This document shows, piece by piece, positions 48,915 to 57,838 of a stretch of 64,000 nt of DNA. This stretch comes from Kiritimatiellia bacterium (GTDB taxonomy: Bacteria > Verrucomicrobiota > Kiritimatiellia > JAAZAB01), in contig JAXGPF010000014.1 in assembly GCA_040767085.1 (NCBI GenBank), positions 83,434-147,433 of the forward strand. The letters run 5' to 3'. Below the pieces are notes generated by a model that had not been told where the DNA came from, ran no database searches, and saw only the letters and a program-made list of their open reading frames with translations. The position numbers were made by a program, and so were the translations under genes. The stretch's first letter is position 1, and every line of letters starts with the position of its first letter.

Positions 48915-51900
48915 TTAACCCCGGTCATCCACCGTGATCATTGCGCAATCGTCACGGCGCAGGGCCAGGCGCAGCCGCACACAACCCGGCCGGGCGGACA
49001 TAACTTCGATGGCGCAGTCGCATTGAATGCGGTCCGGTTTAACCCGCGGCAATCGGATGGTGATTTCCGGCTGGATAGCGCCGCCTTCCGCCGGGTGGCT
49101 GTCTTCCGCCACCACGATTCGCGCCAGGCCTTGCGCGTCCCGGAACCCGATCAACTTCCCGGCCGTGGTTGCCGCCTCCGGGGCGCCCGCGTACCGCATG
49201 GCCAATGCCATGGCCCGGTTGGCCAGCCGGCTCAGACTGGCCTTGCCGTAGCTGATGACGGCGTCGCCTGCTTCGCGCCGGATGACCGTCGGCGGGATGG
49301 TCCACAGCGCTGTGCGCCCCCAGCGTGTCCGGTGAATCGCCAAAGCCGGCGCCCGGACGCGCCCGCGCCCGTCCACGCCCTCCAGCACGGCCTGCGCCCC
49401 GCGGCACTGGTAGGCTGCGCGGCACAGTGGATGATCGAACTCTTCCGATGCTCCGGCCAGTTCCCGCCAGGGCGCCTGACGCGCCATGGCGCGCGCAGTC
49501 CGGATGCCGCGGAGCGTCACCGGCTTTTTCCGCGGAACGACGCCGAACAAATCTTCCAGGCCGGGCACTGATTCAAAAGCCACCAGGGCAATGCCCCGGG
49601 CATGCGCCCGACGGATCATGGCGCGGTCGGCATCGCTCAGGCCGAGCAGCGGCGGCAATACGAGGGTATGGACATCCGCTGGTGATAAACGGCCCAGCAT
49701 CTCGAAAGCCGCCAGAAATCCGGCGCATTGCCCGTCCAGGCGCGCCTGTTCGTAGGCGTAGGCGACGCATTCCTCGGCGGTGTTGTAAATGTCGCCGAAA
49801 AACACCGGGCCCTTGCCGTCCTGGTAATAACGGTCAGGGTAGCGTTCCAGGGTGTCGGTATGCGCCAGGCAGGCTTGCCGGCTGTAAACGAATGCGGCGG
49901 TGCGCAATGGTTTTTTGGGGCGCACCCGCCGGATGACCGACCAGGCCGAAAGAAACTCGGCGAAATGGTCCCGATCCCAATGCTTGGGCTGGAACCCATT
50001 GTCATTCCAGAATTCGAATCCCCGGCGGCCAAACCACGCGGCGGCATAGGCATACTCAAAAAAACATTTCCGGAAACTGATGGCGGGCGGCCGGTTCCGG
50101 GCGTTGGGCGGGCTGCCCAGCAATACATGAAAATCGGCGGGAATACCGGTTAACCCATACACTTCCGGATAGAGCCGCAATTCCGGCGCTTCCAGTTTCA
50201 TGGCGGCGAGTTGAAACACATCGCGCTGGAGGGGGTAGCCGCACACCCGGGAATAACTTTCGAACCGCAGCGGACCGTCAAGATAACGCGTCCAGCCGCT
50301 CCGCAGATCGCGGCCCATGTAGTGCGCAAACCAGGCGGACTTGTACACCGACCCGTAAGGCGGATACGGCCCGAACCAGCCCCAGCGTCCCTGGAACCCC
50401 AGAGCTTGCAGCCGGGCGCGCGCGCGCGGCATGTAAACCCGGGCGTACCACCGGTTGAAAAATTTCAGCCAGGATTTCCAATGGTTTTCAACCAGTTCGA
50501 CAAATTGTGCTTTGGTAATCGCCCCGGCGGCGTGGATGTCATCATATTGCAGGCGGCGGCTGCCGCAGGCGGCGAAAGCCGGGCTTTGCAGAAACTGCAA
50601 AAACGCGTCGAAAACACTTGCGCCTGGTTGCCCGCCCGCCGGCCGGCGGTAGGCGGTTGGGTGCCACAAATCCAGCCGGCGCATCAAGGCGCCGGGATAC
50701 AAGATGTCGGCATGGCGGATCAGCCGGGCGTGATTTTCCGGATCGCCATGGGGTTGAGAGAGCCGCAGCCACCATTGCCGGCGGTACAGATGCACCAGGT
50801 CCCAGGTACGGTTTTTCCCCGCAAAGGACAAGCGGAATCCGTTGTGCGAAACGTAATGCCCTTCATCCACCGCGCGCCCCATCCACGGATCGAAGACATC
50901 GGCCGCGGAAACGAAATCGCTGGATTCGTAAAACAACAGTTCGGGCAGGCCGGAAATCAGCGGCGGCGCGGGCGCTCGGGGGTCGCGGGACAGCACTTCA
51001 AAGGCGCGGCGGACTTCCGCCATTACACGTGTGCCCTCGCGCAGCCGGGCGGCGACATGGTAAACTCCCGGCGGCAGACGGCCGGGCGACCATGCCGGTC
51101 CGGTCAACGACGCAGCGCCTAATCCGTGCCGCCACCGCCGCGCCGCGGGATCGGGCGCCGGCTGCAGGGGGCGTGCAACCGCCGGCTGCAGCGGTTGGCG
51201 GAAAACGTCTTCCAGCGTCCATTCCACCCGCAGGTCGCGCGCGCGGCATTCCGGCCGGCGATGCCGCGCCGCGATGTGGAAACGCACCCGTTCGTCTTCC
51301 ATGAAATAATGGTTGGCCCTGGCAAACGCCATGGCCGCGGCTTTCCGCCGCGTGTGCGCCGGGATCATCCGGCATATCATCTTGTCAGGCGGCGAACCAA
51401 TCTCGAGCAGGACATCATTTGCCTTCAAAGGCGCGCCGGAAGCGATGATCCGGCCGCGCGTCGGATCAATCCAGGCTTCAGTCGGCCCGCCTTTCATCCA
51501 GTTGCGTTCCTCGGCTTCGTAATATTCGTAGCCGACAAACACGTTGACCCGGGGCGGCAATGCGGGCAAACGCACAATTCGTTCCAGGGGGCATTCGATA
51601 TCCGACGGCGGCAGCCCGGTGGCCCGGCGATCCCAGTGCTCCTTCAGGCCGACCGATCCGCGGAACAGGTAATGGGTGCCGAGGTCGCCGCCGCCCGGCT
51701 GTTCCAGACGCAGATATGGGTTGATCAGGCATTCGTTCTGCCAGCGCATGCCGCCCGGGGCGCGCCCGCGCAGCAGCGCCGGGTCATCGCGCTTGGCCGG
51801 GCCGCCGGTCAGCCGCGCCGTGATCTGGATGTGGTTGGCGTAAGCCGCCGCCGTCAGTTCGTAAAAAAACGGCGAAACAATTCCGTTATGCTCCACGGGG

Positions 51901-52541
51901 AATTTGATGCGCAGGGGTTTCCATAATCCTGACGGCGCCGGCGCGCGGGATGTTGTCAGGTGGATGTGCCGCAGCCAGAACGGGCCGCGCGCGCCATTTT
52001 CCGTGGGGCGGTCGCGGTCGAACCCGATCTGACCGGCGCCGGGCAGCCGGGGATTCCGGGCCCGAAACCCGGCCACGGGGGAACCATTATGCAACACCCG
52101 GAAAATATCGCCCCGGACTTCCAGCCTGATTTCCGTCCATTCGGCTACGGGATATTGAGCCGGATCGGAGGCCGATGCCAGCACGCGGTCCCCGGCGGGA
52201 TCGCAGACGCCCAAAACCGTCGCACCGCCCGCGCCGGACCATTGCCGTTTGATGCAATATCCCGTTTGCCGCCGGGAATCATACCGGAAAAAGACATAAC
52301 AGCCGGCGGCCGCCGCCCCGGCATCGCCGCGGCATTGCAATGACAGGGTAAAATCCCGCAGAGGCGGCGTCAGGAGCAGGTGCTTGTTGCCCCGGCAGAG
52401 GATGTGATAAGCGCCGTTTTCCACCCGGCCGTGCAGGTGCGTCCGGTCAGTATGCCGTTCCACCAGCAAATCGCAAGGATGTTCGCCCTGCCCATAAAAA
52501 AGAAAGTCATCCGTAAAAGTATACGAGGAATTCGTGGGCAT
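48915..52541 (-). CDS. Large uncharacterised protein, putative glycoside hydrolase (paralog 2 of 3, 1208 aa)
   Basis: Colinear with 7126..10752: FTDDF..GEHP, LTGGP, GGPTE, FDPWMGRAVDE.HYVSHN, WGWFGPYPPYGSVYKSA, LYPEVYG, NTAEE..AYEQARLDGQ. Confidence 0.85.
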   Translation of the reverse strand: MPTNSSYTFTDDFLFYGQGEHPCDLLVERHTDRTHLHGRVENGAYHILCRGNKHLLLTPPLRDFTLSLQCRGDAGAAAAGCYVFFRYDSRRQTGYCIKRQWSGAGGATVLGVCDPAGDRVLASASDPAQYPVAEWTEIRLEVRGDIFRVLHNGSPVAGFRARNPRLPGAGQIGFDRDRPTENGARGPFWLRHIHLTTSRAPAPSGLWKPLRIKFPVEHNGIVSPFFYELTAAAYANHIQITARLTGGPAKRDDPALLRGRAPGGMRWQNECLINPYLRLEQPGGGDLGTHYLFRGSVGLKEHWDRRATGLPPSDIECPLERIVRLPALPPRVNVFVGYEYYEAEERNWMKGGPTEAWIDPTRGRIIASGAPLKANDVLLEIGSPPDKMICRMIPAHTRRKAAAMAFARANHYFMEDERVRFHIAARHRRPECRARDLRVEWTLEDVFRQPLQPAVARPLQPAPDPAARRWRHGLGAASLTGPAWSPGRLPPGVYHVAARLREGTRVMAEVRRAFEVLSRDPRAPAPPLISGLPELLFYESSDFVSAADVFDPWMGRAVDEGHYVSHNGFRLSFAGKNRTWDLVHLYRRQWWLRLSQPHGDPENHARLIRHADILYPGALMRRLDLWHPTAYRRPAGGQPGASVFDAFLQFLQSPAFAACGSRRLQYDDIHAAGAITKAQFVELVENHWKSWLKFFNRWYARVYMPRARARLQALGFQGRWGWFGPYPPYGSVYKSAWFAHYMGRDLRSGWTRYLDGPLRFESYSRVCGYPLQRDVFQLAAMKLEAPELRLYPEVYGLTGIPADFHVLLGSPPNARNRPPAISFRKCFFEYAYAAAWFGRRGFEFWNDNGFQPKHWDRDHFAEFLSAWSVIRRVRPKKPLRTAAFVYSRQACLAHTDTLERYPDRYYQDGKGPVFFGDIYNTAEECVAYAYEQARLDGQCAGFLAAFEMLGRLSPADVHTLVLPPLLGLSDADRAMIRRAHARGIALVAFESVPGLEDLFGVVPRKKPVTLRGIRTARAMARQAPWRELAGASEEFDHPLCRAAYQCRGAQAVLEGVDGRGRVRAPALAIHRTRWGRTALWTIPPTVIRREAGDAVISYGKASLSRLANRAMALAMRYAGAPEAATTAGKLIGFRDAQGLARIVVAEDSHPAEGGAIQPEITIRLPRVKPDRIQCDCAIEVMSARPGCVRLRLALRRDDCAMITVDDRG

Positions 52542-52936
52542 ATGGCTACGGGGTCAGATACCTGAATCCGTGACGGGCTTTGCCCGTCACGCTAATTTTT
52601 CCGGAATTGTGTTTTGCAATCAGCCATCGCCGGATTTTCAATGGCCCATTTCTAAATTCTCCGTCACCAACACATTTTTCTCACGTTTTTGCCAAATTAC
52701 CACATCCTTCGAGTAAGTCAACTGATTATTTTGCCTTTTTGGGCCTGGTTCATTTTCGGGTAACACTTTTCCGGTAAAATCGTCCGGTGTTTCCCGCAAA
52801 ATCACCATTCGTTTATGCGGGTTGTTCAGGCTGTGGACTGCCAAGCTCCGCCGGGAGCGCTGCCGCCATTCCCCCGAACCCCCGCGTTTCTCCAACCTGT
52901 TTTTTTGAAAGACAATTCCCCCAAAAAACTGGCGTA

Positions 52937-53088
52937 AGAATAGCCGCATTGGACGTCCGCTGTCAAGTAAAAAAAACGCGGAAAACCGGGGGGGGGTAAT
53001 TCGTTGATATTCAATCGGTTACGACAAGAAGAAAAATTTAATATTTTTTTAGAAAAATGTTGACGCCGCGGCGTTTTTTTTGTATCTT
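52937..53088. promoter_or_regulatory. Divergent sigma70-like promoters inside the IS left end
   Basis: Leftward: TTGACA (52966-52961), 18 bp, TATTCT (52942-52937). Rightward: TTGACG (53060-53065), 17 bp, TATCTT (53083-53088). AT-rich spacer between them. Confidence 0.6.
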
Positions 53089-53128
53089 GTGTCTTGTTGT
53101 AATAATCTAATCAGAAAGGAGTTGCCCC

Positions 53129-53491
53129 ATGTCCGCTACACGCATCGCCGAATCGAAACCAAAATCCCGCGCCATGGCGCTGGCATCCTGCCAGGGCCTT
53201 ATCAAAGCCTCGCTTTGCAAAACCCGTGTCCAGTGCGGCAAACCCACATGCCGCTGCGCTAAAAATTCTCGGTTCCGCCATACCGCTTTGACTTTCACCT
53301 ACAAGCACAAAGGCCGGAGCATGGGGCTGCACGTGCCGAAAAGCATGGAAGCGGAAGCCCGCCGGGCGGCGGAGGATTATCGGAAGTTGAAAAAACTTGT
53401 TCAGAGGATTTCAGATTCCAATCTGAAAAAGTTCCGTCGCGGAATTGCCGTGAAAACTAAATCGCGCCAACGGCGCAAATCACACGCTTGA
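53129..53491 (+). CDS. Small basic transposase-associated protein (DUF6788-like)
   Basis: RBS AAAGGAG; ASL....QCGKPTCRCA.....H motif followed by YKHKGRS..HVP. Confidence 0.8.
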   Translation: MSATRIAESKPKSRAMALASCQGLIKASLCKTRVQCGKPTCRCAKNSRFRHTALTFTYKHKGRSMGLHVPKSMEAEARRAAEDYRKLKKLVQRISDSNLKKFRRGIAVKTKSRQRRKSHA

Positions 53492-53497
53492 GGAGAC

Positions 53498-54991
53498 ATG
53501 CCCATGTTGACTGCGTCAAGAGATTGTCCGTCTTCCGCAAAAAATCTGCCGCCGCGCGCGCGCCAGGCATTGGCTGTCGCGGCGTTGTCGCGGAAAACAC
53601 CGGTCTCACGGCTGGCCGCCGCCAGCGGTGTCAGCCGGAAGTTTGTGTATCGGCAATCGGCAAAAGCGAACAATATTTTAGACCAAGCGTTCGACGACAA
53701 ATTCCCCGACGAGGAGGTCTTGTTTTATCTGCCGGTGACAAAGGCATGGCTCCGTAAAGCCGTTCTCGGTCTGGTTTTAATCTGTCACAGCTCATTCCGG
53801 GGCGTGGTGGAGTTCATGCGCGACCTGCTGGACTTCGATATTTCCATTGGCTCCGTGCATAACACGCTTATGGATGCCGTTGGCAAAGCTAAAACCGTTA
53901 ACGCCAACGAGCGTTTGGAGTCTGTCAGAGTCGGCGCCCATGATGAAATATTCCAGGCGCGGCAGCCGGTATTGGTCGGCGCGGACGCTGATTCCACATA
54001 TTGCTATCTTTTGAGTCTGGAAAACTCGCGCGATGGCGACACATGGGCATTGCGGCTGATGGAGCTCGGCGACAAAGGCCTTCAGCCGGATTACACTGTT
54101 GCCGACGGCGGCTTGGGACTCCGAGCCGGGCAAACGCTGGCATGGCCGGATATTCCATGCCGGGGAGATGTGTTTCACGCACTCTTGGATATGGGGCGAC
54201 TGACGGTATATCTGGAGAATCGCGCATTCGGCGCAATGTCGGCTCTCGAAAAAACGGAGGCAAAAATGACCAAAGCAAAAAGAAAAGGCAATGGCAACAA
54301 ATACTCGAAACGTCTCGCCGTGGCCGGTCAGGCCGAAGCCGCGGCTATCAATCTGGCCGATGATATAAGCACCTTGGCCGGATGGCTGCGCAACGATATT
54401 CTTTCTCTGGCGGGCGGCAACGTTGACACCCGCCGGCAACTGTTGGATTTCGTGATTGAATCGTTGCGGCAAAGAGAACATCTGCGTCCGCACAGAATCC
54501 AGCCGGTGCGTGTCATGTTGGAAAACCAACGCGACCTGCTCCTGGCCTTTGCGCAGGAAATAGACGATAGGCTCATTGCATCCGCCAACGAACTCAACTT
54601 GGATCCATCCGATATGCGCCGGCTCTTTAATCAGCGCATCAAGGAACGCGCGTCCGACCAGGACCACATTGCTGATGATATTCCGTGTGAACAATCAGAT
54701 GAACAATCAGGCGCCGCGGAGCAAAGCGTCCGGAAAATCATCGCCGGCGTTGTCCGCGCCAGCTCCATTATTGAGAACATCAACAGCCGTCTCCGGCGCT
54801 ACTTTTTCCTGCGCCGCCAGATCGGAAACGGCTATCTGGACCTACTCCGTTTCTTCTTCAACCATCGGCGATTCCTGCGCAGTGAACATCCCGAGCGCGT
54901 TGATAAAAGTCCCGCCGAATTACTATCCGGCAAAACTCATCCGCACTGGCTGGAATTGCTGGGGTTTGAAATGTTCAAGCGCGCGGCTTGA
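53498..54991 (+). CDS. Putative DDE transposase of an unclassified family
   Basis: N-terminal HTH (VSRLAAASGVSRKFVY); acidic motifs AHDEIF, TVADGGLGL, GDVFH, RASSIIENINSRLR; FFNHRRF..SPAELLSG; RBS GAGGAG. Confidence 0.8.
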   Translation: MPMLTASRDCPSSAKNLPPRARQALAVAALSRKTPVSRLAAASGVSRKFVYRQSAKANNILDQAFDDKFPDEEVLFYLPVTKAWLRKAVLGLVLICHSSFRGVVEFMRDLLDFDISIGSVHNTLMDAVGKAKTVNANERLESVRVGAHDEIFQARQPVLVGADADSTYCYLLSLENSRDGDTWALRLMELGDKGLQPDYTVADGGLGLRAGQTLAWPDIPCRGDVFHALLDMGRLTVYLENRAFGAMSALEKTEAKMTKAKRKGNGNKYSKRLAVAGQAEAAAINLADDISTLAGWLRNDILSLAGGNVDTRRQLLDFVIESLRQREHLRPHRIQPVRVMLENQRDLLLAFAQEIDDRLIASANELNLDPSDMRRLFNQRIKERASDQDHIADDIPCEQSDEQSGAAEQSVRKIIAGVVRASSIIENINSRLRRYFFLRRQIGNGYLDLLRFFFNHRRFLRSEHPERVDKSPAELLSGKTHPHWLELLGFEMFKRAA

Positions 54992-55048
54992 ACGACCATA
55001 ATCCCGCCCAAGTCCGATCAAATTCTTGCGCATTCATGCGTGACAGGC

Positions 55049-55233
55049 GTATACTGCCTTCTGTTACCCAAAAAGGCATGTTTTTGAACCATGCCAAAAA
55101 ACGGCATAAAACCGCTTTGCATATTTCCGGCATCCCCCTGAACGACCTGCCGCGGGAGGCGGTCATCATCAAACTGGCGTTTGACGATCGGCCGGCGGTG
55201 GCGGCGGAATATCTTTTCCATGGAGGCGTGTGA
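55049..55233 (+). pseudogene. Orphan 3' gene fragment abutting the IS right end
   Basis: Open frame ILPSVTQK..ALHISGIPLNDLPREAVIIKLAFDD..HGGV* whose TGA overlaps the next ATG (TGATG); no 5' part in the window. Confidence 0.5.
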
Positions 55234-56264
55234 TGAATCATCGCGAACGATTTCTGGCAACAGTGGAACGGCGGCCGGTGGACCGCCCCGCCGCCTGGCT
55301 GGGGTTGCCGGTGCCGGATGCCCTGCCGGCCTTGCTGCGATATTTCAAAGTCAAGGATATCGTCGAACTCAAGGCGGCGCTGGATGACGATGTTTTCCCG
55401 GTGGAAGTCCCTTACCGCCACCCGCCGGCCAACCACATCGCCTGCGCCTTCGATTTCGCCAAGGCGGCGCCCGGCGCCGGCACGACCGCGGAGCGCACCC
55501 TGACCGCCCGCGGCTGCTTCGCCGACTCCGCCGATCCGGCGGACATCCGCAATTTCGACTGGCCCGATCCGGAAAAACACATTGACTCCGACGCCTGCCG
55601 GCGCGCCCTGGACGAGGTCCCCGCTGGCTACGCCACGCTGGGCATGCTCTGGTCCGCGCATTTCCAGGACGCCTGCGCGGCCTTCGGCATGGAGGAGGCC
55701 TTCGTCAAGATGCTGACCGCGCCGGCGGTGTACCGGGCGGTGATTGACCGCATCACGGATTTTTACCTCGCGGCCAACGAAATATTTTACCGGGCCGCCG
55801 CGGACCGCCTGGACGCCGTGCTGATCGGCAACGATTTTGGCACGCAACGCGGGCTGATGGTGGCGCCGGACCAGTTGCGCGAGTTCGTCTTCCCCGGCAC
55901 GGGCAAGCTAGTGGCGCAGGCCAAAAGTTACGGTTTGAAAGTCATCCACCATTCCTGCGGCGCGATGCGCCCGGTGATTCCCGACCTGATCCGGCTGGGC
56001 GTGGACGCCATCCATCCCATGCAGGCGCTGGCGGCGGACATGCAGCCGGAAAAGCTCGCGCGCGAATTCGGCGGCCAGGTGGCCTTCTGCGGCGGCGTGG
56101 ACGTCCAGGAACTGCTGGTGCATGCCCAGCCGGCGGCCGTCAAGGCGGCAGTGCGCAAGCTGCGGAAACTGTTCCCCACCGGGCTGGTGTTCTCGCCCAG
56201 CCATGAGGCTATTTTGCCCGACGTCCGGCCGGCCAACCTGGCCGCCATGTTCGCCGCGCTTTAG
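55233..56264 (+). CDS. Uroporphyrinogen decarboxylase / MtaA-CmuA family protein
   Basis: MNHRERFLATVERRPVDRP, FDWPDP, GNDFGTQRGL, HHSCGA, GVDAIHPMQ, FCGGVDVQ, FSPSH. Confidence 0.92.
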   Translation: MNHRERFLATVERRPVDRPAAWLGLPVPDALPALLRYFKVKDIVELKAALDDDVFPVEVPYRHPPANHIACAFDFAKAAPGAGTTAERTLTARGCFADSADPADIRNFDWPDPEKHIDSDACRRALDEVPAGYATLGMLWSAHFQDACAAFGMEEAFVKMLTAPAVYRAVIDRITDFYLAANEIFYRAAADRLDAVLIGNDFGTQRGLMVAPDQLREFVFPGTGKLVAQAKSYGLKVIHHSCGAMRPVIPDLIRLGVDAIHPMQALAADMQPEKLAREFGGQVAFCGGVDVQELLVHAQPAAVKAAVRKLRKLFPTGLVFSPSHEAILPDVRPANLAAMFAAL

Positions 56265-57328
56265 CCGGCGGCGGCGCCGGCGCCGCGCGCCTGCGCCGCG
56301 GTTTCCAGGAGGTGCATCAGGCGCACCGCCGGCGGATGACGGTCAATGGGCTGGAGCTGGCGGCGGGCCCAGGCCAGCGTGTCCCCGGCCATCGCGGCAT
56401 CGGCATGCGGATTCTTCATCCGCATCCAGGCGAGCAAGCCGGCCGCCAGCCGCTCGACAATCAAGGCCGAACGGGCCAGGCCGGGGTCCGCGGCCAGCGC
56501 GGCGGCGCGGCGGGCGAACGACCGGCATTGCTGCAGCATGAGCCGCGCGGCATCCCGGCCTTCCTCGATTTCATCCAGCGGCTGCCCGCCGGTCAACAGC
56601 TCCAGACAGGCGTGGTATGTCACGTTATTGACGGCGCGCGTCAACCACGTCCCGGCGCCGGGCCGATCCCCCGCGGCCGCGGGAGCCGGGGGCAGGTTTG
56701 AAAAGACCAGCTCTGCCAGCGTCTCGCCGAAGACCCGGTTCCCTTCCAAGGTCAAATGCACGCCATCCGGACGGATGAGCCTGACCCATGCCTCCGGGTC
56801 CCGCGCCAGCCTGGCGTGAAAATCGGCGAACCGGTCATGCAGCGGGATTTTCCCGGCAGCCGCCGTCGCGCGGATGAAGGTATGCGCAAACTTTTCCAGG
56901 TGGGCTTCGAGGCCGCCGCCGCGGAGGATGTCTTCGCGGTCCCGCCACGCATGCCGGGCAGGATCCAGGCCGGGAAGCGTCTCGAGCACGCAGGCCGCCC
57001 GCGCCTGCGCGCGGATCGTGTCCAGTACGGCGGCATAGGCCGACATGAACGCTTCCCGGCTGGGCGCCCGGCCGGCGTCGTTGCCGCCGAAATTAACGAC
57101 AACGACATCCGGCGCATAGGCCAGCACATCGCGCGCGATGCGCGCCAGCCCTTCCGCGGCGGTATTGCCGCCTTCGCCGCAAGCGGCCACATCCGCCACC
57201 CAGTCATCGCCCAGCCGCGCTTGCAGGCCGGCTTCCAGGAAATCCGCGTAGCGTTTGCCGTAGGGCGCGCGGCTGGACCACGTCATCGAATCCCCGAACA
57301 GCACCACTTCCAAAAACTTTTTTGCCAT
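56261..57328 (-). CDS. SGNH/GDSL hydrolase (putative carbohydrate esterase) with C-terminal extension
   Basis: FGDSMT, GEGGNT, NFGGND, PDGVHL blocks. Confidence 0.92.
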   Translation of the reverse strand: MAKKFLEVVLFGDSMTWSSRAPYGKRYADFLEAGLQARLGDDWVADVAACGEGGNTAAEGLARIARDVLAYAPDVVVVNFGGNDAGRAPSREAFMSAYAAVLDTIRAQARAACVLETLPGLDPARHAWRDREDILRGGGLEAHLEKFAHTFIRATAAAGKIPLHDRFADFHARLARDPEAWVRLIRPDGVHLTLEGNRVFGETLAELVFSNLPPAPAAAGDRPGAGTWLTRAVNNVTYHACLELLTGGQPLDEIEEGRDAARLMLQQCRSFARRAAALAADPGLARSALIVERLAAGLLAWMRMKNPHADAAMAGDTLAWARRQLQPIDRHPPAVRLMHLLETAAQARGAGAAAG

Positions 57329-57451
57329 AACATCACTCGATTCTCTTTCAAAAGTGTTCAGTGTTCGGCGCCTGCAATTTTACCGCAATGCAAAACATTG
57401 ATCTTGAAATCAGATTGGTATCCGAACGAACACCCCGCTGACCGGCAGCAG

Positions 57452-57691
57452 ATTCACCACGGAGACAAGGAGGCACAGAGAAGCCCCGTCTACCCCATAC
57501 TCCTCCCTTGCTCCAGTGGAGGCGTTGCGCGAATTTGGCACAGGGCGATCATGCCATCCTGGCCTGAATGGATTAGATACAATGATCGCCCTGCGCCAAA
57601 TTCGCGAACACTCGTTCTGGGAGAGTACCGGAGCATGGCATAAAACGCGCCATACCTTTCCTCTCCGTGCCTCAGTGCCTCCGTGGTGAAT
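57452..57691. repeat. 240-bp nested inverted repeat (MITE/REP-like long hairpin)
   Basis: Outer arms ATTCACCACGGAG..GAGGCAC.GAG (57452-57480) and CTCCGTGCCTC..CTCCGTGGTGAAT (57663-57691); inner arms 57528-57552 and 57582-57606 match 24/25. Confidence 0.85.
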
Positions 57692-57838
57692 TCCCCGTTC
57701 AATCCACATATTCTGGCGAGGAACCATCATTCTGAATTCTGACTTCTGAGTCCTGCATTCATTCAAAACATGAGTTTTGAAATTTACATCGCTCGCATCG
57801 GCGTTTTAAAAACAGCCTGCGCCCGCGCGGAGCGGCGT

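Larger units (their letters stand above)
52582..55048 (+). mobile_element. Two-gene insertion sequence (DUF6788-like protein plus unclassified DDE-like transposase); ends tentative
   Basis: Candidate IRs GCCCGTCACGC (52582-52592) and GCGTGACAGGC (55038-55048) match 10/11; no TSD visible; ~550-bp non-coding left end. Confidence 0.65.

Noticed and set aside
52729-55110. Alternative IS ends (TGCCTTTTTGGG..TGGTTCA..GGGTAACA at 52732-52765 vs 55062-55110)
   Set aside because: The alignment needs a ~10-bp gap, there is no TSD, and the right arm lies in what looks like a host gene remnant. Disfavoured but not excluded without other copies.
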